Source: Catajapyx aquilonaris
Taxonomy: Eukaryota
Assembly (NCBI GenBank): GCA_000934665.2
Contig: KZ538579.1
Coordinates: 1-60,563, forward strand
Length of the DNA stretch: 60,563 bases
Reading direction: 5' to 3'
Shown: in pieces, positions 38,901 through 50,900 of the stretch
Layout of the letters: every line of letters begins with the position of its first letter
Position numbering within the stretch: position 1 is the first letter of the stretch
Position numbers and translations under genes: made by a program
Notes under the pieces: model-generated
Databases searched by the model: none
What the model was told of the DNA's origin: nothing
The model's input: only the letters and a program-made list of their open reading frames with translations

Positions 38901-41900
38901 CCATGCCGCTGTGGCGCCAACGCCGTCTGCGAGGTCGTAGGTCACGTCCCGACCTGCAAGTGCGCGTCCGGATTCACCGGGAACCCCATCAGGTCCTGCC
39001 GTCCTCCCAGCGACCCATGCAATCCCAGCCCATGCGGACAGGGAGCCAGATGCGAACTGGACCAAGGCAATCCCGTCTGCTTCTGTCCACGAGGCACGAC
39101 CGGGAACCCATTCGAGAAGTGCAGTAAGTGTCCGCAGTGTCCCGGTTTGAATTAATTGGCGCTGACTGTCGCAAACAGTTCCAGAGGGTGACGAGTGCAG
39201 GGACAGCCCGTGCGGACCCCACTCGGGATGCCGCATCGTTGGAGGACGACCAACCTGCTTCTGTATGCCGGAGTACGTCGGAAACCCTCCGGCGGAACTC
39301 TGCCGTCTTCCGGACAACCCGTGCGATCCGTACCCATGCGGACTGAACACGCAATGCACCGTAATTAACGGTTACGCCAAATGCACATGCCTTCATGGTG
39401 AGTATCGCATCGTTACAACCTCGCTTCGTACGGTAATGAACATGTCGTGCAGGATTCGTCGAGAGTCCCAACACAATCCGAGGTTGCCACAAGCCCCGTT
39501 CGCCATGCGATCCGAACCCATGCGGAACCGGCGCTCTCTGCGACCCGACCAGGAACCCGCCATGCTACTGCTCAGCCGACCTCATCGGAAACCCATACAC
39601 ACGATGCAACCGTAAGTCGTCCAATCGGCATCGTTTGTACAAAACCTTCCCATATGTTACGTCGCATGAAAATTGGTCGGTACGCTTCGTTGAAAAGCAG
39701 TTGCGTAGCGAATGTAATTTCATAGTACAGTAGGTGTAGTTTATAGGGCACGTTTACATGCCTCATTTTCACGCAAGCGATTTGATCAGCGATGGCAATG
39801 CTGATGAAATCGCTCGCATGTAAAAGCGGCTTCAGAGATTGCCGAGCGATGAAACCAATTGCTTGCGGCGGAGGCGACAATCGCAGTTCGCTCCCAATTG
39901 ATTTAATCGCTGAGTGAATCGCTCACATGTAATTGTCGATTCGTAGTTTTGTAGCAAATTGTAGCCGCATGTGATGTAAAGCGAACGTTGGTCGGAATGT
40001 CGCATGGAAAAAATTGCTTTGAATTTACGGTACGCTATTGGCATGATGTACCTTTTCCTCAAACGGTTTTTCCAATTTTTTGTCGCATTTACATTTGGAC
40101 GATTTCATCAGCGATCGATTTATCGTTGAGTGAGTCGCTCACATGTAAACGCGGCATCGCCTTGTCGTTTGTAGAGCGGTTTTCCTTGCAGTGTAGTTGT
40201 AGCGTTGGTGGTAGTTGTCGCAATTGTACATATTGTGGAATACGCAGCCCCTGTCCAAGCGCATTGCCGGCCTGGACCGTGCGGACCCAACAGCGACTGC
40301 TTCTCCGTCAACAACCGCGAGGAGTGTCGCTGCAAGCACGGGTTCATAGGCGACCCGTACTCCGGGTGCCACCCGGGCCCAGTCGAGCCCTGCTGGCCCT
40401 CCCCGTGCGGACCAGGCGCCCACTGCTACCCCGGCCCGCCTGTGGACTGCCGGTGTCCGCCAAGCCTCCACGGAGACCCGCATGGCGCCAAAGGATGTGG
40501 ACCGGAGTGCACCGTCAACGAGGACTGTCCGTCCCAGCAGCTGGCCTGTCTGGCGCACCGCTGTCAAGATCCGTGTCCTGGAGCCTGCGGACTCCAGGCC
40601 ATCTGCGTGGCCCGGGAGCACAGGCCTGTCTGCTCATGTCCCCCAGGTTTCAAGGGAGATCCGTTCTCACGATGCATCAAGGAAATACGTAAGTCCCCGA
40701 CACCACCAGTTGACAGCGCACTGCACCGACATATGTACATACACTGTACACTTGCACATAGACCGTAGACATCGCACTGTACAGAACATCATACGACATG
40801 TCGGAACATCATCGCTGCTTAGCGGACTGACCTCACTTGAACGTCCTCGTAGTTGCCGCACGTACCATTAAAATGTTCGTGACGACGCGGGAACCATTAC
40901 AATGATAACGTTTTTCTCCGTGTAATCCGACTCTTGTCGTCACGAACATTTCTTTCCCAGCACGACATGTTTGATGACATTCAACATTGGCAGCGATGAT
41001 GCGTCCACTTAATTTAGTCCGCTTCGATCAAACTAACCGTGTCGTTTCCTCGCAGCCGTAATTGACGTGACAACCGTTACGCCTGGACAACCGTGCCGTC
41101 CAAGTCCATGCGGATTGAACACCGACTGTCGGGTCGTGTCCGGCCGACCTGTGTGCTCGTGCATCGAAGGCCACCGTGGCGACCCGCTCAGAGGGTGCCT
41201 GCCCGAGTGCATCGTGAACCAGGACTGCGACCCGCATTTGTCGTGCATCCAGTTCAGATGTCTGGACCCATGCAAGGACCTCTGCGGGGTCAACGCGGAG
41301 TGTCACGTCCACGCGCATGTGCCTGTGTGCACCTGCCTGGCCGGCTACACTGGCGACCCGCTCAGCCAGTGCATCCTCGGCCCAACGGTTGATCCGGGCG
41401 ACCGACATGACCCGTGCGCTGGTAACCCATGCGGGCCCAACTCGCACTGTCGGTCCGATGGCGCACATCCGATATGTAGCTGTCTACACGGCTACTTCGG
41501 GACGCCGTGTCGTCCCGAGTGCATAATCGACTCGGAATGTCCCGCCAACCGAGCCTGCGTTCAAGGACGGTGCATCGACCCATGCTCCGGAGCGTGCGGC
41601 TTCAATGCCGTCTGCTCCGTCGTATCGCATCGTCCCATATGCCAGTGCCAACCGGGCTACTCGGGAGATCCGTTTGTATCGTGCCAGCCGTACAATCCTC
41701 CGACGACTGAGCCGCAAGACCCATGCTTCCCGTCGCCGTGCGGTTCAAACACAGAGTGCCAACGACAAGGGTCAGTCGGTGCCTGCAAATGCCTTCCGGA
41801 ATTCTTCGGGAACCCATACCTCGGATGCAATCCCGAGTGCGTGGTCAATGCGGACTGTCCCAGACGCCAAGCGTGCATTAACAACAAATGCAAAGATCCA

Positions 41901-44900
41901 TGTCCCGGAATATGCGGAGTCAACGCCGAGTGTCAGGTACGTGCGTTACACCGAGGTTAATGAAATGTAGGTAACATTGTGTCCGTCGCAGGTGTCCAAC
42001 CACATTCCGACGTGCTTCTGCAAACAAGGCTACGTCGGCGATCCGTTCACTTCGTGCCACTTCCCAGAGCCAACTCCGCCACCGAAAACGGACACCAACC
42101 CATGCTTCCCATCGCCATGCGGTCCGTACAGCCAGTGCCGTGACAGTGGCGGTACCCCAGTGTGTTCCTGTCTGCCTACGTACGTCGGTAGCCCGCCTAG
42201 ATGCCGTCCCGAGTGCGTGGTGAGCTCGGACTGCCGACTGGACCAAGCCTGCCTGAACCACAAGTGCGTCGATCCATGTCCGGGAACATGCGGATTGGGC
42301 GCCCTCTGCAAGGTGTTGAACCACAATCCGATATGTTCATGCCCTCCGAACTACAGCGGAGATCCATTCACACGATGCGTACCGTTCGAGCCATGTAAGT
42401 ACGTTCATAACATGTACGCAATAACGACTAATCGCGATTAATTCGACAGCCACTCCAAGCCCTGGAACTGAGCGGACTCCGACGCCATGTCATCCGTCAC
42501 CATGCGGTTCGCACAGCAACTGCACCGCTGTAGGCGACAGGCCGGTGTGTACGTGCCTCGAAGGATACGTTGGAGGGCCTCCGAACTGCAGGCCAGAGTG
42601 CACGTTGAGCTCCGAGTGTTCGCCGTTCCTGGCTTGCGTTCAGTACAAGTGCAGGGATCCATGCGTCGGACTGTGCGGAGAGAACGCGGAGTGTCGCGTG
42701 GTGGCCCATACCCCGATGTGCATCTGCAACCATGGGTACCAAGGAGATGCTTTCTTCGGATGCAACCTAATACGTAAGCCGATTCAATTATCAAGTTGCG
42801 GCATTATTGTACATGTTCAAATTGCAGCTAAGGAAAAGCCGAATCCGTGCAACCCATCCCCTTGCGGCACCAACGCGGAATGCCGCCAGCACAACGATGC
42901 TGCGTCTTGTTCGTGCATCGCTCCGTACCAGGGCGACCCGTACAGCGGCTGCCGACCTGAGTGTGTCCGCAACGACGAGTGCGCCCCTCGATTTGCATGC
43001 ATCAACACCCGATGCCAGGACCCGTGTGTGGGCACCTGCGGCACCAACGCTCAGTGCCATGTGGTCAACCACATCCCGACATGCAGCTGCAGTCCTGGGT
43101 ACGAAGGCAACCCGTTCTCCGGATGCGCTCCAATCCCGGAGCGGACGACTCCGCAGCCGCCGGTACGCGACCCATGCAGCCCGTCACCATGCGGCCCGTA
43201 CAGCCAATGCCGAAACCTGCAGAACCACGCCGTCTGCAGCTGCCAACCCGAGTACATCGGAAGTCCCCCGAGCTGCCGTCCGGAGTGCTTCCACAGCGGC
43301 GAGTGTCCACTAGAAAGAGCGTGCATCAGACAAAAGTGCCAGGACCCATGTCCCGGAACATGCGGAATCCAAGCCGTCTGCAGAGTCGTCAACCACAATC
43401 CGATATGCAGCTGTCCGCCCGGATTCAACGGAGATCCGTTCGTCGCCTGCGAGCTGCAAACAAGTGAGTTTATATTGTCCGTAAGCGAAACTGGAGGTGA
43501 CGCTGTCCGTTTCCAGCGCCTGCTCCGGAGAGAGGGACGCCGCCGCCTGATGTCAACCCGTGTGTGCCGTCCCCATGTGGACCGTACGCCGACTGCCGTG
43601 TGTCCAGCGGACGTCCGGTGTGTTCATGCCAACCGAACTATCTGGGGGCACCGCCCAACTGCCGTCCGGAATGCATCGTCAACTCGGACTGCGGACCCAA
43701 CAAGGCCTGTCTGACGGAGAAGTGTCGCGACCCCTGTCCGGGAGCATGCGGAACCAACGCCAGATGCGAAGTCCGATCCCACACTCCGTCCTGTGCCTGC
43801 CTGCCGAACTTCGAGGGCGATCCGTTCGCCGGATGCGTACCCATAGTGGACAGTAAGTGCCTTCCCTTTCTTCCAGCTTTCGGACATTGCTGTCCCACCA
43901 GTTGCTAGATGCCACGAATGTTTCAGTTCCACCTGCACGGCCGTGTTCCCCGTCCCCGTGTGGGGCAAACGCAAAGTGTACGGAGCGGAACGGGGCAGGT
44001 TCATGCACCTGTTTCCCGGAGTATTACGGCGACCCGTACGTGGGTTGCCGTCCGGAGTGTGTCATGAACTCAGAGTGTCCCCGGAACAGGGCGTGTGTCA
44101 GCAACAAATGTCGCGACCCCTGCCCCGGGCTGTGCGGCCCCAATGCCGTTTGCAGCGTGATCAATCACGTGCCGACCTGCGCTTGCTTCGAAGGATATAC
44201 CGGCAACCCTCTCTCTGCATGCCATGCTATCCCACGTAAGCTCTCCTCTCATTTTCATTTTCCGCAGTGGTTTTGCATGCTTATCTTTTCTTATTCAGCT
44301 CCAAAAGTGTTTCCTATCGGGCCGTCTGACCCGTGCGTTCCGTCCCCATGCGGACCGCACAGTCAGTGTCGGGCTCTGAATGGGTACGCGGTATGCTCAT
44401 GCCGGCCCAGCTACATCGGTAGCCCTCCAGGATGCCGACCCGAGTGTGTGGTCAGCTCCGAGTGCTCCTTGGAAAAGGCATGCTTAGACCTGAAGTGTCG
44501 CGACCCATGCCCCGGAACATGCGGAATCAGCGCAGTCTGCAGAGTCGTGAACCACAACCCGATATGCAGCTGCCCTCCAGGCCTCACTGGAGATCCTTTC
44601 TCTCGCTGTCTTCCAGAGCCAAGTACTTCCTTGCAATTCTATATCTTTATTTTCCAGGGGAATGCATGTTCTGTCAATGCTGTCTTTTTCTAGCTCCTCC
44701 TATAGACGACCGTGTCCATGCGGACCCTTGCGTGCCCTCCCCATGCGGGCCTTACTCGCAGTGTCAGGTCAGGGGTCAGCAGCGTGCATGCTCTTGCCTC
44801 TCTGGATACCTAGGCCGCCCTCCCAACTGCAGGCCCGAGTGCACCATAGACGCGGAGTGCCCTGCCAACTTGGCATGCCTCTGCGAAAGGTGCACTGACC

Positions 44901-47900
44901 CTTGCCCCGGAGCCTGCGGGTTCAATGCCCTGTGCTCCGTGTTTGGGCACAGGCCCAGGTGCTCCTGCTCTCCCGGACACACGGGGGATCCATTTCACGG
45001 ATGCTCTCCTATCCGGCCAAGTAAGGATGCGACCGACTCCTAACGTATTAACCCTATAACATATGTCACACACGATGCAAACACACATTACAGCCACCGC
45101 GGCTCCCAGAAACCCATGCCGGCCGTCCCCATGCGGCGCAAATGCAAAGTGCGTTACGCGTAGCCATGCGGGCGCCTGCGTGTGCCTCCCGCAGTACTTC
45201 GGCGACCCGTACTCCGGGTGCAGGCCGGAGTGCGTCCTCAATTCGGAGTGTCCTCGAGCCAAGGCGTGTGTCGGCAACAAGTGTCGCGACCCTTGCCCAG
45301 GTCTATGCGGTCAAAATGCCCTCTGCAATGTCATCAACCACATCCCCACTTGCTACTGCCTCCCTGGTTTCACTGGTAATCCAGTCTCTTCTTGCCAGTC
45401 TATTCCACGTAAGAACAACTCTTCTCTCTTTAATCACTGTGTACATTTTGTACTTTTAATTTTCACCTTGTGTATACATTTATCTGTGCAAAACACACAA
45501 CGGAAGATCTTTACTACTTGGCAACGAAAGTGGCTGTAGTCGTGACTGAGCCACAATAACATTCGTTGGTTGGGTTACATGACCCACATTAATCGCAATT
45601 AACTGAAATTATCGTGCTAATTAACCCTTCTGTGGCTGGACCATTCCGAGTGCGTTCAAATGAGCATCTCGCCATGGCAAGGCCACAATAACGTTCATTT
45701 CCCTGTGGCGCCACAAACGTACATAACCCACATTAAAGCATTTGATTCCGCGTCTCTCTGTTTGGGGCCGTTGCCAAGGCTGGCGGCCAAGTGGGGGCAA
45801 CGCCAACGAGGTATCAATAGAGTACAGGCAACTACATGGCGGGTGAATCAAAGATGGCGCACCCTATTTTTTGCCTGTACCCTATTGATACCTCGTTGGC
45901 GTTGCCCCCACTTCAATATGGCCCCAAACAGAGAGACGCGGAAATCGAATGTTTGCGCCTCTTATGTGTAGTATATGCTCCCTGGTTATACATGACCCAC
46001 AGTAAGCGCAATTAACTGAAATTATCGTGCTAATTAACCCTTCTGTGGCTGCACCATTCTGAGTGCGTTGAAATGAGCATCTCGCCATGGCAAAGCCACA
46101 ATAACGATCATTTGCCTGTGGCGCCACAAACGTACTTGATACAGTTACATAACCCGCATTAAGCACCCAGCTCCGCGCATTTAACTAAAATTATCATGCT
46201 AATTAACGGACCCTGCTGTGGCAACACCACAATAACGTTCGTTGCCCTACCAAAATCTAGTATAATTGTTGTGGTCGTATGAGATAACCCACAATAAGTT
46301 GTTCAATTAACTAAAATCATCGTGGAGCGCTTCGGAATGGGCATCTCGCCATGGCTAAGCCACAGAAACGTTCGTTGATGTGCAGCACCACAACTTGTAC
46401 AGTAATTTTTGTGATTGTTGATGTAACTGCGCAAGAATTACTGTACGTTGTGCAGCTGCAGGCCAACGAACGTTATTGTGGCTTTCCCACCGCGAGCTGC
46501 ACTTCGCCGCGTAGTAAAGATCAGCCGTTTCTTCTCCTGTGCAATTCTTGCTGTACTTTGCTCACACTTTGCTCACACGACAGCACCTGACCCGAGGCCT
46601 CAAGTAAAACTGAGGAGGCCATGCGACAAGAGCCCGTGCGGCCCATTCAGCACCTGCGAGGACAAGTCCGGTTTCGCAGTGTGCAAATGCGCTCCCGGAT
46701 ATTCCGGGCTGCCTCCGTCGTGCAGACTGGAGTGCCTGACCAGTGCGGACTGTCCGTTAGACAGAGCCTGCCTGAGTAACCGATGCAAAGATCCGTGCAT
46801 AGGCACATGCGGTTTGTACGCGCAGTGCAAGGTCCTGAGGCACAGCGCACTTTGCACCTGCCAACCCGGACACACCGGAGATCCATTCGCGCAATGCACT
46901 CCTACCACTAAGAGTAAGCCCTCTCTCTCTCTCTGTACATGTACTTGTCTCTTAACATCTCTCTTCGCACCTCTTCTAGCTGCACTCTCACCTGACCCAT
47001 GCCTTCCCTCCCCATGCGGACCATACTCTGTTTGCATTGTGACCCGTAACGGACCCGCCTGCTCCTGTACCCCCGGGTGTCTGGGTCGACCCCCACACTG
47101 CAGACCCGAGTGTCTCCAAAACCACGAATGCCCCGCAGCATTAGCCTGCGTCCAGAAACGTTGCCGAGACCCCTGTCCCGGAGCCTGCGGACCCAACGCC
47201 GCATGTCGGTGTCAGAACCACCTCCCGGTTTGCTCCTGCAAACCCGGATTCAGAGGAGACCCATTCCGCGCTTGCATACCTGTACCCACATGTAAGTCCA
47301 CACACACACGTACACCCACAGGGTATCTGGCTAACCGCGCAACTAAAATCATAACCAGGATGTTACATTGACCAGTCCACAATATGTAATGTGTAATCTG
47401 TACAGCTCCGACGGACAAGACGAGGACAGCGTGTGATCCGTCCCCATGTGGGGCGAACGCAAAGTGCACAGAGCGCAACGGAGCGGGTTCATGCACTTGT
47501 TACCCAGAGTACTTTGGCGACCCTTACGTTGGGTGCAGGCCAGAGTGCATCGTGAACTCAGAGTGCCCCCGGAACAAGGCCTGTGTCAGCAACAAATGTC
47601 GTGACCCCTGCCCCGGAGTGTGCGGCCCCAATGCCCTCTGCTCCGTTGTAAATCACGTGCCCACCTGCTCTTGCTTTGAGGGGTACACAGGCAACCCTCT
47701 CTCTGCATGTCATCCTGTCCCACGTAAGAAATTGCATGTTGTGCATGTCTGCATGTCACTTACTTTTTTCCTTCTGTAGCACCCAAGGTACATAAACCGC
47801 AGGACCCGTGTGTGCCATCCCCATGCGGACCACACAGTCAGTGTAGAGCACTGAATGGGTACGCGGTATGCTCATGCCTTCCCAACTACGTCGGAAGCCC

Positions 47901-50900
47901 ACCTGCATGTCGACCTGAATGTGTGGTCAGCTCCGAGTGCTCATTACAAAAGGCATGTGTAGACCAGAAGTGTCGTGACCCTTGCCCTGGAACATGCGGA
48001 ACCAACGCTGTCTGCCGTGTGGTCAACCACAATCCAATCTGCAGCTGCCCTCCAGGTCACGAAGGCGACCCATTCAGTCGATGCCACCCAGAGCAAAGTA
48101 TTAGTCTCCACATTTTTCCCATCACAAATGCATGTTGACCTTTCCGTTTCGCAGCTACCCATGCGACCAAAGAGAAGGTCAATCCGTGTGTGCCGTCACC
48201 CTGCGGACCATACGCGCTGTGTGTGATCAAAGGCGCAGGCCATGACCTTCGACCTGGTTGCTCGTGTCTGGCTGGATTTGTAGGAAGGTATCCGAACTGC
48301 CGCCCTGAATGCACTTCCGACCCTGAATGCCCTTCGAATCTGGCTTGCATTGCCGAGAAGTGTCGTGACCCTTGCCCCGGAGCATGCGGGTCAAACGCCC
48401 AGTGCACCGTAGTGGGTCACAGGCCACGTTGCGCATGTGTGCCCGGATTTCAAGGCGATCCATTCTCAGGCTGCTATCCAATCCCTGAAAGTAAGAATTT
48501 GTAGCCCAAAATTTGTAGCCAAAATGTATGTTCAATATCAATTTTGCAGCAACTACAGTAGTAGTCCCAGTGGAAAGATTACAACCTTGCAATCCATCCC
48601 CGTGCGGTGCAAATGCAAAGTGCGAGGAACGTAACGGAGCAGGTTCGTGCACTTGTCTTCCCGAGTATTTCGGCGACCCTTACGCTGGGTGCCGACCCGA
48701 GTGCGTGGTCAACTCAGATTGCTCCAGGTCAAAGACTTGCTTCAGCAGCAAGTGCCACGATCCGTGTCCAGGGCTGTGTGGTTACAATGCCGAATGTGCC
48801 GTTTTGAACCACGTACCCACATGTAGTTGCCGCGTAGGATACACCGGCGATTCGTACTCTGCATGTCATCTTATCCCACGTAAGAGCATGTCCTATTGCA
48901 TGTAATTGCATGTAATTGCTTTTTTCCCCCCCTCTTAGCTCCAACTACAGCAAGACCCTCTGTACAAGACCCATGCTTGCCGTCCCCATGCGGTCCTCAC
49001 AGTCAGTGTAGGAATTTGAATGGGTACGCCGTATGTTCATGTAATCCTGCGTACGTTGGAAGCCCGCCCAACTGCAGGCCAGAGTGTGTGGTCAGTGCAG
49101 AGTGTCCGCTGGACAGGGCGTGCGTAGGCCAAAAATGCAGCGACCCATGTCCCAAAACGTGCGGAAGGAACGCCCACTGCAGGGTCGTGAACCACAACCC
49201 GATATGCAGCTGCCCTCCAGGTCACGCTGGTGACCCCTTTTCCGCATGCCATCTGAGTAAGATCCCTTTTGCATGTTGGCTCGTACGGTATGTCACCTTT
49301 GCATGTTCTTATCCCCCACTTGCAGCTCCGCCTGTCACTGATCCGCCTCGAGCGAACCCATGTGCACCTTCCCCTTGTGGCCCGCACTCTCAGTGTCAGG
49401 TCAAAGGTCAGCACCCTGCATGCTCTTGCTCCCCTGGATATGTCGGGCGACCTCCAAACTGCAGGCCCGAGTGCACCATAGACGCAGAGTGCCCTGCGAG
49501 TCTTGCATGCATAAACGAAAGGTGTGGCGACCCTTGCCCCGGAGCATGTGGCGTCAATGCCCAATGCTCGGTCATAGGTCACAGGCCTAGATGTACGTGC
49601 CTGACTGGATACCAAGGAGATCCGTTCTCAGGCTGCTTCCCAGTCCCTGAAAGTAAGTGTTGCAAGCGACTAACCCCGGACACATGTAAATTTCCCCCAT
49701 TGTTTCAGCAACTACGCAAAGTCCTAAGGAACACCGCGATCCTTGCCAGCCGTTTCCATGCGGCTTCAATGCCAAATGCGAGGTCCGAAACGGTGCAGGT
49801 TCATGCTCATGTCTGCCCGAGTACTTCGGCGACCCTTACATTGGCTGCCGACCTGAATGCGTCACCAACTCGGATTGCGTCCGGAGCAAAAACTGCCTGA
49901 GTAACAAGTGTAGGGACCCATGCCCAGGGTTATGCGGACCAAACGCTGAATGCCATGTGTCCAACCACGTCCCAACATGTAGCTGCATTGTAGGGTACAC
50001 CGGGGATCCGTTCACTGCATGTCATCCTGTCCCACGTAAGCTTAAAATTGATGGTACGTGTAGTACAAGTGAATGACCCTTCCTTTGCATGCAGCTCCAA
50101 CAAAGAGTGGACCTGACCTCCCTGTAGACCCTTGCGTACCGTCCCCATGCGGACCGCACAGTCAGTGTCGGAACCTGAATGGGTACGCGGTATGCTCATG
50201 CGAACCAGAGTACGTAGGAACCCCTCCTGCATGTCGACCCGAGTGTGTGGTCAGCTCCGAGTGTTCCCTGGAAAAGGCTTGCATCAAGCGTAGATGCAGT
50301 GACCCTTGTCCAGGAACATGCGGTCAGAATGCCCACTGCAAGGTCGTGAACCACAATCCAATCTGCAGTTGCCCTCCGGGTCACACTGGCGACCCTTTCG
50401 CTGCATGCTACCCACGGAAGAGTAAGTGTCCCCTATTTGCATGTGCCTGTACATATAATATTGCATGTGTTGCCTTGCATGTGTAGCAATTGGGCACGAA
50501 GGAGGTGCTCCGCCCAACCCTTGCGTGCCCCCACCATGCGGACCCTACTCCCAGTGCAGGGTCAAAGGTCACCAGCCTGTATGCACCTGTTCCCCCGGAT
50601 ATGTCGGACGCCCCCCGAACTGCAGGCCTGAGTGTTCAATCGACGCTGAATGTCCTTCGAACCTTGCTTGTCTGTCCGAACATTGTCGCGACCCTTGTCC
50701 CGGAGCATGTGGACTCAATGCGAAATGCACAGCGTTCAATCACAGGCCGCAATGCTCATGTCTGCCTGGTTATCACGGAGACCCGTTCTCCGCATGTTCA
50801 TTGGTACCCACACGTAAGCGTCTGACGATGCAAATTTATGGCCATCCCAAACTAATTGATTGGTATTTCTTGCAGCAACTCAACGGCCTCCAGACACACG

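Noticed and set aside
19608..47262. Several RGD tripeptides as integrin ligands
   Set aside because: Most fall in the generic G[YF]xGDP EGF loop where x varies freely, so chance occurrence is likely.
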